Origin: Conexivisphaerales archaeon
GTDB taxonomy: Archaea > Thermoproteota > Nitrososphaeria > Conexivisphaerales > DTJL01
Assembly (NCBI GenBank): GCA_038728585.1
Contig: JAVYTR010000002.1
Coordinates: 350,369 to 382,368 of the forward strand
Length of the DNA: 32,000 nt
Direction of reading: 5' to 3'
In this document: positions 1 through 9,121 of the stretch, in pieces
Numbering within the stretch: the first letter of the stretch is position 1
Layout: every line of letters begins with the position of its first letter
Notes under the pieces: model-generated
What the model saw: the letters and a program-made list of their open reading frames with translations, nothing else
Database searches by the model: none
Told to the model about the DNA's origin: nothing
Position numbers and translations under genes: made by a program

Positions 1-644
1 GCCCAACCTATGATTACTTTGAAAATGTTGTACTGCAGCTCTATAACAGAATAGGTGTCAGAACAAGCAGCAGGCTGGTAAAGAGAGGTTATTACCCTGC
101 CGGAGGGGGTGAAGTATCAGCAGAGATCCATAGGTCTGAAAAGCTCTTCGGTCTAAAGTCCATTGAGAAGCAAGATAAGGTGGTTAGAGGAAGAAGTGTC
201 TGTTCTATCCTGCCTTTACAGGTTGCAGAGAGGCAGGCAGAATCAGCAAGGAGACTTCTGCAGGAGAACGGAATTATGGTTGATGACATAGAGGTGAGAA
301 GAGATCCTGCTTCTTCTCCTGGCACTGCAATAGCTCTCTGGCATGTCGATGCTGCATCAGGTATCTTTGTCGGAAGTGATGCGGTCGGAGAAAGAGGTTT
401 ACTTGCAGAAGAAGTTGGCAGAAGAGCTGCAGTTGCTTTTGTCAGGGCGAGAAGAGCGCCGCTCGATCCCCATATAGCTGATGTGGCTATTCCTCTGCTA
501 GCCCTAGCTCATGAAACATCAGAAATAGTATTTCCGGAGGTGACGGGGCATATAAGAAGCAACATATACACTGCCGAACTGTTCACAAAGAGAAGATTTG
601 AACTGTTAGAAGGGAAAGAGCTGGCGAAGTTGTGCATTTATTGA
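1..644 (+). CDS. rtcA: RNA 3'-terminal phosphate cyclase, C-terminal part (5' end outside window)
   Basis: Frame 3 is open from the window edge. Its translation (PTYDYFENVVLQLYNRIGVRTSSRLVKRGYYPAGGGEVSAEI...) runs into the listed 180..644 ORF. The RGYYPxGGGEV motif and the remainder match the RtcA family. Confidence 0.8.
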   Translation, partial: PTYDYFENVVLQLYNRIGVRTSSRLVKRGYYPAGGGEVSAEIHRSEKLFGLKSIEKQDKVVRGRSVCSILPLQVAERQAESARRLLQENGIMVDDIEVRRDPASSPGTAIALWHVDAASGIFVGSDAVGERGLLAEEVGRRAAVAFVRARRAPLDPHIADVAIPLLALAHETSEIVFPEVTGHIRSNIYTAELFTKRRFELLEGKELAKLCIY

Positions 645-691
645 AGAGAATTTGATAACCCTTTTAACCAGCTACTTAAGAGGGTGAAAAT

Positions 692-1294
692 ATGTCAGGA
701 ATCGAAGCCTACATACCTGGAGCCACTGCTGTGGGTCTTGTCTTCAACGAAGGCGTTGTTCTTGCAGCAGAAAAGAGGATGGTTCTGGGAAACTTCATCA
801 TGAGCAAGGGAGTAAAGAAGGTATTCCAGATAACCCCGACTGCAGGTGCAGCATGCGCCGGTATGATAGCTGACATGCAGGTTCTGGTCAGAAACGTCCA
901 AGCAATTGTGAAGATGAGAGAGATGGAGCTGAAGAGACCGATGAAGGCAAATTCCATAACCAAACTGATGTCTGTAATAATGTTCGAAAGAAGGATGTAT
1001 CCTCTGCTCACTCAGGTGATTCTGGGAGGGGTAGACAATGGAGGAAGCATATACGTTCTCGACCCGCTCGGCTCGGTGATACCCGACAAGTATGCTTCAG
1101 TTGGCTCAGGAAGTGAACTTGCAATAGGTGTCATCGAATCAGAGTACAAGGATGGTATGGATGAGAACTCAGCGAAAGAGCTTGCAAAGAAGGCGATAAA
1201 GGCATCTGCTCAGAGGGATAGCGCAAGCGGTGATGGAGCAGATATCCTTGTACTCAAGAAGAACGGTTCATACGAAGAAAACGTTGCCTTCTGA
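692..1294 (+). CDS. psmB: 20S proteasome beta subunit
   Basis: 200 aa. A short propeptide precedes the catalytic-Thr context (...IPGA/TAVGLVFNEGVVLAAEKR), and GSGSELA lies further on. Typical archaeal PsmB. Confidence 0.9.
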   Translation: MSGIEAYIPGATAVGLVFNEGVVLAAEKRMVLGNFIMSKGVKKVFQITPTAGAACAGMIADMQVLVRNVQAIVKMREMELKRPMKANSITKLMSVIMFERRMYPLLTQVILGGVDNGGSIYVLDPLGSVIPDKYASVGSGSELAIGVIESEYKDGMDENSAKELAKKAIKASAQRDSASGDGADILVLKKNGSYEENVAF

Positions 1295-1306
1295 GAGTTA
1301 GGACAT

Positions 1307-1948
1307 TTGAGTAAAGAACATTCCAGCATCTCAGGTTTTGAAGAATCCGTAGCAACAGCATCAAAACTGTTTGAGTCACAGGAGAAGAGAAGGGAAGTCC
1401 TGATCAAGGATTCAAGGGAAGTTATACTGCTTTGCTCAAAGGCGATAGTGAGCACTCATTCCGGCAAAGTCAAAGAGGCGAAGGAATCGCTCGAGAAGGT
1501 CCGTGCAAAACTGAAGAAACTGACCAAGACTGCTGAACAGGACCTAGCAAGGTATATCCTAGCTGCAGAGATGGAGTTTGTCGAAGCTTCAGCATTTGTC
1601 AGGCTGGTGGAGGGGGGAGGGATCGCCTCACTGAAAGAGTTTGATGTTGGACCTTCATCATACATCCTTGGCATGCTGGATGTCATAGGCGAAGTGAAGA
1701 GAAAGGTATTTGATGATGTCAGAGCTGGGAAGAGGGAAGAAGCTGAAAGACTCTTCAGTCTGGCTGAAACCATATACTCTCTCATAAAGCCTCTTGCTGC
1801 ATTCGATAACCTGGTTCCTGGGATAAGGAAGAAGCTTGACGTTGACAGGATACTGCTTGAGGATATGAGAGCGTTGATAACAGAGGAAGTGAGAAGGGAT
1901 AAGCTGCTCAAGCAGATGGAGAAGCTGACAAGAAGGGCTGAGAGTTAG
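1307..1948 (+). CDS. translin-family (COG2178-like) putative nucleic-acid-binding protein
   Basis: 213 aa all-helical protein with a TTG start. The pattern ...YILGMLDVIGEVKRKVFDDVRAGKREEAERLF... resembles archaeal translin-like proteins. Confidence 0.55.
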   Translation: MSKEHSSISGFEESVATASKLFESQEKRREVLIKDSREVILLCSKAIVSTHSGKVKEAKESLEKVRAKLKKLTKTAEQDLARYILAAEMEFVEASAFVRLVEGGGIASLKEFDVGPSSYILGMLDVIGEVKRKVFDDVRAGKREEAERLFSLAETIYSLIKPLAAFDNLVPGIRKKLDVDRILLEDMRALITEEVRRDKLLKQMEKLTRRAES

Positions 1949-1979
1949 CAATTTTAAGGACCGCCTTGCCTTAAACGAT

Positions 1980-2618
1980 GTGGCAACAAAGTTTGGAGAT
2001 ATAGTGCCTTTTGCGAAGAGGCTTCAATTCAAGCTTTCTGAGCTGTTTGAAGACGAGGGGATAGAGGCTGATAAGATTAGATACACCCTAGCAATAGATG
2101 CTGCATACCAGCAGGACAGAGCAGTATGCGTCGCGGTCAAGTATGATACTGTTACGAAGAAAGTGACAAAGAAATGGACCCTGCAGTCATCAGTGTTCTT
2201 CCCCTATGTACCGAGCTACTTTTACCTGAGAGAAGCCCCTCCTGTGATCAGGTTGCTCGACAGAATTGATGAAGATTATGACCTCATACTGATAGATGCC
2301 CATGGGAGGCTTCATCCCAGAAGAGCAGGATCCGCTACAATTATCGGAGTGTTGGCATCAAAACCAACTATCGGAATTGCCAAGTCAAGGTTGATAGGTA
2401 GAGTGGAGAAAATGAAGGAAGGAGTATCAGAGGTTACTGTGAAAGGAGAGGTGCTTGGCTACAGGATAGGGAAAGGGGGTAAGGCTTTCTTCGTTAGCCA
2501 GGGAAATATGATATCAAAGCAGGAGATGCTGAAATTCATGAAAATGAGAGAATTCGAATACCCTGAAGAGCTGAAGGTTGCTGATTCTGAAACAAAGAAG
2601 TTCAGAATGACTCCATAG
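1980..2618 (+). CDS. nfi: endonuclease V
   Basis: 212 aa. It has AIDAAY..., LILIDAHGRLHPRRAGSATIIGV and PTIGIAKSRL, the hallmark Nfi motifs. Confidence 0.85.
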   Translation: MATKFGDIVPFAKRLQFKLSELFEDEGIEADKIRYTLAIDAAYQQDRAVCVAVKYDTVTKKVTKKWTLQSSVFFPYVPSYFYLREAPPVIRLLDRIDEDYDLILIDAHGRLHPRRAGSATIIGVLASKPTIGIAKSRLIGRVEKMKEGVSEVTVKGEVLGYRIGKGGKAFFVSQGNMISKQEMLKFMKMREFEYPEELKVADSETKKFRMTP

Positions 2619-3240
2619 CTTCTTTCTTCTGCTTTATGTCTGTGCTCTTCATATTCGGTACAGGACTATCAAGCCTCTTCACTTGAACTTTCATTCCGTT
2701 CTGGTTCGCCTTGGTTTCTATCTCCCTCTCGTCATGCTTCTGGTCGTAGCCTATGGCGATAACGTCAGGTCTGACTGAGTACATGGCACCCAACGGGTCT
2801 TCTTCGCTTCCTAGGACTGCAGCATCCACATACCTTATGCTTCTAACAAGCTCTGCTCTATCTTTCTCTGAATTTAATGCTGGTTTGCCTCTCAACTTCT
2901 GCACTATCTTGTCTCTGGCAACTACAACCACCAGCACGTCACCTAGTTCTTTGGCTTTGCTCAGAGTGTAGATATGGCCCCTGTGTATTATGTCGAAGAC
3001 CCCTCCAGTAAGGACGACTTTTATCCTTTTTCTGCCATCTTCTGTTAAAGTTATGGCATCGTTCATTTTGATCAACCCTTCATCTTTCAGCTGGCTGATT
3101 AGCTGTTCAGCTTCTCCTTTTGAGAGATAGAAGGAATCTGCAATATCCTGCAGTTTGCAATTCCTCTGCAACGATGTAGCAAATATGAACCCAAGAACTC
3201 TCTTAATGAATGCTTCCCTTTGCTCTGAAATATGAAACAA
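2602..3240 (-). CDS. winged-helix domain fused to a cytidylyltransferase-family nucleotidyltransferase (RibL/FAD-synthase-like)
   Basis: The C-terminal ~140 aa carry GGVFDIIHRGHIYTLSKAKELGD...VVVARD...RYVD, the (H/T)xGH nucleotidyltransferase signature of RibL/TagD-like enzymes. The N-terminal ~70 aa (LQDIADSFYLSKGEAEQLISQLKDEGLIK) look like a wHTH. Confidence 0.6.
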   Translation of the reverse strand: MFHISEQREAFIKRVLGFIFATSLQRNCKLQDIADSFYLSKGEAEQLISQLKDEGLIKMNDAITLTEDGRKRIKVVLTGGVFDIIHRGHIYTLSKAKELGDVLVVVVARDKIVQKLRGKPALNSEKDRAELVRSIRYVDAAVLGSEEDPLGAMYSVRPDVIAIGYDQKHDEREIETKANQNGMKVQVKRLDSPVPNMKSTDIKQKKEAMESF

Positions 3241-3271
3241 ACCTTCCTCCCTCTGATATCTGTTCAGAGGT

Positions 3272-3727
3272 CTATAACTTTGCTGGAAGCCTCTTCTTGA
3301 ATTCCACGTCAGACCTTATGGCAGGGTGGTGAGGGTCAACCATAACCACCTCGTACCAGCTAAAACGACCATCCTTGGCCAAGAAATATGAGCCAAGAGC
3401 CCACAGGTTGGGATATCTGGCTTCTGCCCTTTGTATAGCTACCTTCTTCTCCGAGAGGTTTCCTTTTATCTTTACAGTGCCGAGGTGCTTGGGCCTTCTG
3501 CCTGAAACTGGTCTTTTCATTCTCATTCCGCCCCTTGCTACCCTAACTCTGAGAACAACTATCCCCTGCTTCGCTTTGTAGCCAAGTGCTCTGGCTCTAT
3601 CCAGCCTTGTAGGCTTATCAACCCTAACAACCCTTGGGCCTCTTCTCCATCCTATCAGTCTTCTCCTGAGCTCCGCAGAGTATTCTTTTAGCTCCTGCTG
3701 ATAGGTGCGGGAAATGTAGCTGTACAT
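3272..3727 (-). CDS. rpl15e: 50S ribosomal protein L15e
   Basis: MYSYISRTYQQ...WRRGPRVVRVDKPTRLDRARALGYKAKQG...RRPKH... is typical L15e. The ORF track extends to 3760, but the 11 extra residues (MRLHGARGEGS) are not L15e-like, so I start at the internal Met. Confidence 0.85.
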   Translation of the reverse strand: MYSYISRTYQQELKEYSAELRRRLIGWRRGPRVVRVDKPTRLDRARALGYKAKQGIVVLRVRVARGGMRMKRPVSGRRPKHLGTVKIKGNLSEKKVAIQRAEARYPNLWALGSYFLAKDGRFSWYEVVMVDPHHPAIRSDVEFKKRLPAKL

Positions 3728-4034
3728 CGAACCCTCACCCCTCGCCCCATGCAAACGCATTTAAAGTTATTTGCAGATAACCTGCATGGTTCAATTCAGT
3801 TTCATGATGTGCTGCAATGCGATATGCTCCAAACAGGAAGCATAGACCTAACAATCCTTATCCTCTTCGCATCGTAAGAAAAAAGAAAAGGAATTGGACC
3901 AAGGCTGTTATATACTCTACAGAACTGTTATACATTTCGTTGAAATAATGCCTTGACACACTCTTGCAGAAAAAGGAAAAAGGAATGACATTGATATCAA
4001 ACTCTGATGTTGTTACTTACCTAGAACGATGCCT

Positions 4035-4415
4035 CTACAGGAAACGGTTGGCCAGGATAACTATTATCAGTACCAAGGATGACATATCGTCACCAAAGGC
4101 ATCCGGATCTCCCAACTCGACAAATATCCAGGCGAATTTAACAATCAATCCTACAAGAGCTATTGCAGTGAAAAGGTTAGTTTGACTCTTCAGACTACTG
4201 AGCGAGGTTCTGTTCCTGAGAACCAAGTAGACAATCAGTATAATCGCTCCCAGAATCGTAACAGTCAGGTCATCCACTGTGAATAGAGGGTGGTCCATTT
4301 CTGAAAAGATTACCGGAGCAAAGGCAAGGCTGAGTCCGCCTACAACACCAAGGGCCCTTCGTCTACCAGCCCACTTTCTGACTGCTGGGATGTCCTCAGC
4401 GGGTTGTTGGGTCAT
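4035..4415 (-). CDS. hypothetical small membrane protein (3-4 predicted TM helices)
   Basis: 126 aa with hydrophobic stretches (GVVGGLSLAFAPVIF, LTVTILGAIILIVYLVL, LFTAIALVGLIVKFAWIFV, LVLIIVILA). No family recognised. Confidence 0.4.
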   Translation of the reverse strand: MTQQPAEDIPAVRKWAGRRRALGVVGGLSLAFAPVIFSEMDHPLFTVDDLTVTILGAIILIVYLVLRNRTSLSSLKSQTNLFTAIALVGLIVKFAWIFVELGDPDAFGDDMSSLVLIIVILANRFL

Positions 4416-4703
4416 GAAGAATCACCATTAGCTCCGCAAGACTTCTGTACAACAGGGTGATGCATGCGCCAATTCAACCTAGTTAATGCAAGTAACATAG
4501 ACCTTTGTCTGGTGCTTACTTCCATGGAGCTATTTTTTAGCTAACGTTATATAATTTTTGGGTTTCCGTCTTGACAGGAAACCTAAGCCCCGATTGAATC
4601 GCTTCTGATTCATAACGCATACAGTGAGATTCATCTATATGGTGTTGCATAGCGAGCAAGGCATTTGGGATATTTTATTTACCGGAAAAAATGTGGTGCT
4701 TTG

Positions 4704-4731
4704 TTATCTGATTCTTATCTGATTTTATCTG
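4704..4731. repeat. three phased copies of TTATCTG(AT) at 11- and 10-bp spacing
   Basis: gTTATCTGATTcTTATCTGATTtTATCTGcag, with copies starting at 4704, 4715 and 4725, inside a ~500-bp ORF-free gap. Confidence 0.6.
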
Positions 4732-4919
4732 CAGCTCAACTCCATGCCCCATTACAGTTGTCGTAAGCAGAAATTGTTGAAATATACTTCGGGAGAGGCA
4801 AAGCTACCCTGTTACACTTGCAAGAATGTTCAAACCAGAACGAAAGCGAATTGCATAAGTGGAATGGATGAATGAGATTAAGAATGATCAGTCAAAAGGC
4901 GTTCAGCAAGAAATGGTGC

Positions 4920-5840
4920 CTACCTGAAAAATTCTATCAGCTGATTGGCAACAGACATACCAGCTGCAAGCTGAGCTTCTGCAGTCTGCCCGGCTATGTG
5001 GGGTGTGAGCACCAAATTGTCAAGCCTGAACAATTCTTCGTTCTTCGGTGGCTCTGTCTGGAATACATCAAGAGCCGCACCTCTTATTCTCTTCTCCTTC
5101 AGCGCCTGTATCAGAGCTGCTTCGTCTATTACTTCGCCCCTAGATGTATTGACCAGTATGCACGAATTCTTCATCCTTCTGAATTGTTCATAGCTTATCA
5201 TCTTCACGGTTTCAGGGGTAGAAGGGACGTGCAGAGAGATGAAGTCTGACCTTTCCAGGAGGGCATTAAGTGATACCAGCTCTGCTCCAAACTGTTTCAG
5301 AACTTCCTCCTTCGGCACTATTATGTCGTATGTAAGTATCTTCATCCTGAACGGCTGGGCAAGTTCCGCAAGCCTCCTCCCTATCCTGCCAAACCCAACT
5401 ATACCCAGAACTTTGCCAGTCAGCTCCTCCCCCATGAGGCTGGATTTCGGCCATTCCCCTCTCAGCATTCTGTGATGAGCCAGAGGTATGCTTCTGGCAA
5501 CTGAGAGCATCAAGGCAATAGAATGTTCAGCTACCGCATTTGTCAGAGAATCAGGAGCGTTAACCACCTTTATCCCTCTTGCCTGCGCCTCCTGCAGGTC
5601 TATGTTATCTAGGCCAACCCCTGCTCTTGCTATTATTCTGAGCTTCGAGCCTCTTGCAATAACATCCTTCGTAACCTTGCTCCTGCTCCTTACTATCAGC
5701 CCCTCCGCATCCTGAACCAGAGAGGCCAGCTCTTCATGAGTTGCATCAGGTTTGTAAGTAACATCAAAAGAGTTCCTGCGAAGCAACTCTATCGCTTCTT
5801 CTACTATCTCGTCGCTGACCAGAATCTTATGAGAATTCAA
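4920..5840 (-). CDS. serA: D-3-phosphoglycerate dehydrogenase-like D-2-hydroxyacid dehydrogenase (short form, no ACT domain)
   Basis: KILVSDEI...IVRSRSKVTKDVI...RAGVGLDNIDL..A..RGI.VVNAP and the GxGxxGxxxG NAD site (GIVGFGRIGRRLA), with HxPxTPET further on. The ORF track start at 5909 overlaps the upstream gene. An in-frame TTG at 5840 just before NSHKILVSDE is more plausible, but the start is uncertain. Confidence 0.7.
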   Translation of the reverse strand: MNSHKILVSDEIVEEAIELLRRNSFDVTYKPDATHEELASLVQDAEGLIVRSRSKVTKDVIARGSKLRIIARAGVGLDNIDLQEAQARGIKVVNAPDSLTNAVAEHSIALMLSVARSIPLAHHRMLRGEWPKSSLMGEELTGKVLGIVGFGRIGRRLAELAQPFRMKILTYDIIVPKEEVLKQFGAELVSLNALLERSDFISLHVPSTPETVKMISYEQFRRMKNSCILVNTSRGEVIDEAALIQALKEKRIRGAALDVFQTEPPKNEELFRLDNLVLTPHIAGQTAEAQLAAGMSVANQLIEFFR

Positions 5841-5883
5841 TTCAAACCGTTTCTGCTGAGATGAGATGTGTTTAAAATTATTT

Positions 5884-7206
5884 CTACATTTCAAACGATT
5901 TTGCTGCAATGACTGGAGAAGGCCAGTATGGTTGAGTAAGAGGAGAGAAGCTTGTTTCCAGGTCTGCCAGATAGCTTAGCGGTAGAGAGTGAGATATCAT
6001 CATGGACAGCAGATTCCCCCAAGCAGCTGCCGAAGGACCGACAAGCTGAGCACCTATCAGTATTCCGCCTTCCTTTACAACAAGCCTAGAATACAGCTGC
6101 TTGCCCCCTGGGTAATAGCTGGCAAACTGGTATTCTGTGGATTCGTATGATTTAGCTCTGATTCCCCTCTGCTCAGCCTCCTCCTCTGTTATCCCTACAG
6201 AGCAGACGTCTACACCATCCAGCCTGAAAGATATGTTCGAAACTACCTCTGACAGAGTAATGGAGCCTCCTGCAGCGTTTGTCCCTGCAACTATACCTGA
6301 CCTGAGAGCGAGCGAAGCCTGCTGCAGAGGAATCTCCTCCTGAAGAATAGAAGAATAGATTTCGCTGCAGTCACCGGCAGCAAAAATATCTTCATCAGAT
6401 GTGCTGGCTCTTTTATCTATGACTATCCTGCCAGACTTGCTCAGCTTCAGACCGCATTCCCTAGCCAGTTGTGTGCTGGGTTGCAGGTAACCTGTAAGTA
6501 GAACGATGTCTGCAGTCAATACTTGCCCATCTAAAACGATTCCCTGCACCCTATCGAAACCGACGAAATTCTTGACCTGCTTACCAGCTATCACGTCTAT
6601 ATCCTGCTCTTCTAAGATTGATGTTACAAGCAGACTGACATTCGAATCTAGTATGCCTTCAAGAAGCCTATTCTCACTTACAAGAATGGTCTTGACCTTC
6701 ATCCCTGCCAGCTGCTCTGAGACAATAATAGCGACTGGCCCAGAGCCTACAACTATGGCTGATTTGGAGTTCTTTGCTGCCTTCTTGACCTCTTCTGCAT
6801 CCTCAAGGGTAAAAAGTGTGTAAAGACCTCTCTTGTTTGAGCCAGGGATGTTAGGAATCTGCTTCGAAGAGCCCGTGGCAATGATCAGTTTATCGTACTC
6901 TTCTCCTTCAACTCCTTCCCTATTATCCAGGATGACCCTTTTCTTCTGCCTGTCGATTAGAGCGACTTTCCTTCCAGATATGTACCTGATAGATGATGAT
7001 TCAAAGAAGCTTCTGTCTTTCAGCCTGAGGTCCTGAGGCGAGACCCTGCCTGATATAACATATGGCAAGCCACACCTTGAGTATGGTGCGTTTGATGATT
7101 CGTCTATCACTGTTATCTGCAGTTCTCTATCATTAGCTCTGGCTGCCTCAGCTGCAGCCACACCTGCCAAACCGCAGCCTATAACGACAACTTTCTTAAC
7201 CTTCAT
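5884..7206 (-). CDS. FAD-dependent pyridine nucleotide-disulfide oxidoreductase (NADH oxidase / CoA-disulfide reductase family)
   Basis: 440 aa. It has an N-terminal GxGxxG (VVVIGCGLAGVAAA), a redox Cys context (YSRCGLPYVISG), a second dinucleotide fold (IVVGSGPVAI) and AAGDC. Confidence 0.75.
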   Translation of the reverse strand: MKVKKVVVIGCGLAGVAAAEAARANDRELQITVIDESSNAPYSRCGLPYVISGRVSPQDLRLKDRSFFESSSIRYISGRKVALIDRQKKRVILDNREGVEGEEYDKLIIATGSSKQIPNIPGSNKRGLYTLFTLEDAEEVKKAAKNSKSAIVVGSGPVAIIVSEQLAGMKVKTILVSENRLLEGILDSNVSLLVTSILEEQDIDVIAGKQVKNFVGFDRVQGIVLDGQVLTADIVLLTGYLQPSTQLARECGLKLSKSGRIVIDKRASTSDEDIFAAGDCSEIYSSILQEEIPLQQASLALRSGIVAGTNAAGGSITLSEVVSNISFRLDGVDVCSVGITEEEAEQRGIRAKSYESTEYQFASYYPGGKQLYSRLVVKEGGILIGAQLVGPSAAAWGNLLSMMISHSLPLSYLADLETSFSPLTQPYWPSPVIAAKSFEM

Positions 7207-7236
7207 ACCATGAGCAGAGACGGAGAAGCTAATTAA

Positions 7237-8436
7237 ATGCTGGTAGGGCTGATAGGCAAGCCGAACACTGGCAAGTCAAGTTTCTTCAGTGCTGCGACTT
7301 TGATCGATGTTCCCATTGCCAACTATCCATTCACTACGATTCAGCCGAACGTGGGAATAGCGTATGTGCTGAAGAAGTGTGTGCATGAAGAGCTCGGTAT
7401 TAACGACAATCCGAAGAATTCTCTATGCATAAGCGGAGTAAGACATATTCCTGTGAAGCTGGTTGACGTAGCTGGCCTGATACCCGATGCATCAAAGGGA
7501 TTAGGACTAGGAAACAAGTTTCTCGATGAACTGAGAAGGGCCGATGCCTTAATACATGTTGTGGATGCCTCTGGTTCAACAGATAAAGAAGGAAAGGCTG
7601 TCGAGCCTGGCTCTCATGACCCTGCGGAGGATGTAGTGTTTGTGGAAAGGGAATATGATTACTGGATGGCTGGTATAATCAGAAAGGACTGGGAGAAGAT
7701 TTCCCACCACACTGATCAAAGCAGAGCCTTCGAGGAGTTGCTAGAAAAGCTTGCAGGGTTGGGTGTTGGAAGAGCTGACCTAGCAGAGGCGATGAGAAAG
7801 GTAAACCCATCTGGAAAGCGTCTCCAACTCTGGACGGATGAAGATATAATGATGCTAGCTGTTGAGCTGAGAAAACTGACAAAGCCTATACTCATAGCTG
7901 CGAACAAGTGCGATCTGCCAGAGGCTGAGAAATACATCAGTAAGCTGCAGGGGACAGGAAGGCTCGTCATACCAACTTCTGCCGCAGCAGAGCTTCTTTT
8001 GAAGAAGGCATCTCAAAAGGGTCTTATCGAATATATGCCAGGCTCATCCTCGTTCAAAATAAGGGATGAATCCAAACTAACACCTGAGCAACTGAAGGCG
8101 CTCAGGTCTGTTGAAGATAAGGTACTGAAGAAATGGGGCTCTACAGGAGTTCAGAAAGCTCTCAATGAAGCATACTTCAGCCTTCTGGGAGGGGTTGTTG
8201 TCTATCCTGTTGAAGATGAAAACAAATTCTCTGACAGGTCAGGAAATGTCTTGCCAGACGCTTACATCATGCCAAGAGGCTCCACAGCAAAGGACCTGGC
8301 ATACAGAATACATACCGAACTTGGTGAAGGGTTTCTCTACGCTATAGATGCAAAGAGGAAACAGAGGCTCTCCGCTGAATACATACTAAAAGATGGGGAT
8401 GTGATCAGAATAGTTTCAACAGCTAAGAGGGGGTAG
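7237..8436 (+). CDS. Obg/YchF-family GTPase with C-terminal TGS domain
   Basis: G1 is GKPNTGKSS, G2 region is YPFTT, G3 is DVAGL and G4 is NKCD. The C-terminal TGS-like region is TAKDLAYRIHTELGEGF...DGDVIRIV. Confidence 0.8.
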   Translation: MLVGLIGKPNTGKSSFFSAATLIDVPIANYPFTTIQPNVGIAYVLKKCVHEELGINDNPKNSLCISGVRHIPVKLVDVAGLIPDASKGLGLGNKFLDELRRADALIHVVDASGSTDKEGKAVEPGSHDPAEDVVFVEREYDYWMAGIIRKDWEKISHHTDQSRAFEELLEKLAGLGVGRADLAEAMRKVNPSGKRLQLWTDEDIMMLAVELRKLTKPILIAANKCDLPEAEKYISKLQGTGRLVIPTSAAAELLLKKASQKGLIEYMPGSSSFKIRDESKLTPEQLKALRSVEDKVLKKWGSTGVQKALNEAYFSLLGGVVVYPVEDENKFSDRSGNVLPDAYIMPRGSTAKDLAYRIHTELGEGFLYAIDAKRKQRLSAEYILKDGDVIRIVSTAKRG

Positions 8437-9046
8437 GTGCTGCCTTCGCCAGCTCTTGCTCAGCTGGTGCATGAATCAGCTTTGTCTTCCTTATGTTCAG
8501 CTGCCTGAGAGCAGTAACCTTCTTCGCTTCCGCGAAGATATCAGCCCCAAGCTTTCCAAGCACAACTTCCTGCACAAACTGGTCGTATGTCAAGGTTGAT
8601 GCCTTCTCTTTCAGCACTGAATCTGCAGCCTTTCTTATCGAGCTCTTCTTGCTGCTGTTAACTCTTCCTTGAGTGAAGGCAGACACATAAACCCTCACCT
8701 TGTACGAGTCTCTTGTAGTGTAATCACCAATGAAATTGACCATTGAACTTCCCCTCCTTACCAAGCTCTTCATGAACTCTCTTGAATATTCGTGCCCCTT
8801 GAACGTTGTGTAGGCCCTGCTATCATCTATCTTGTCTATTTTGAAGTAAAGCTTGATGTTATAATGCTGGGGGTCCTGTTTTAGAAGGTCGAAGAGAGTT
8901 GCTTCCACAGTCCTGCCTACAGCATTTTCCACGCTGGTAACTGGTATCTCTGCAACCTCGAGAGAGCCGAATGATTTGGGAGCTAGGACTGAAATCCATT
9001 TCTTCTCTCTCCATTTATCCTTGACCTTGGGGGCTCTTTTCGGCAT
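8423..9046 (-). CDS. rps3ae: 30S ribosomal protein S3Ae (eS1)
   Basis: KVKDKWREKKWISVLAPKSFG... and the overall 207 aa match S3Ae. Confidence 0.9.
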   Translation of the reverse strand: MPKRAPKVKDKWREKKWISVLAPKSFGSLEVAEIPVTSVENAVGRTVEATLFDLLKQDPQHYNIKLYFKIDKIDDSRAYTTFKGHEYSREFMKSLVRRGSSMVNFIGDYTTRDSYKVRVYVSAFTQGRVNSSKKSSIRKAADSVLKEKASTLTYDQFVQEVVLGKLGADIFAEAKKVTALRQLNIRKTKLIHAPAEQELAKAAPTPS

Positions 9047-9121
9047 ATTCCGTTCACTGACCTCGAATCAGGCATGAATATAAACAGTTCTCACGTATAT
9101 GCATATGCATATGACCTCTGT

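Noticed and set aside
4872-5249. 125-aa plus-strand ORF at the edge of the long intergenic gap
   Set aside because: Most of it is antisense to the serA-like gene. It is Cys/Leu/Arg-rich with no motifs.
9095-9113. TATATGCATATGCATATGA, a short ATATGC tandem / ATGCAT palindrome cluster between serS and rps3ae
   Set aside because: It is only ~19 bp in an AT-rich promoter spacer next to a TATA-like element. It is too short to separate from chance or ordinary promoter composition.
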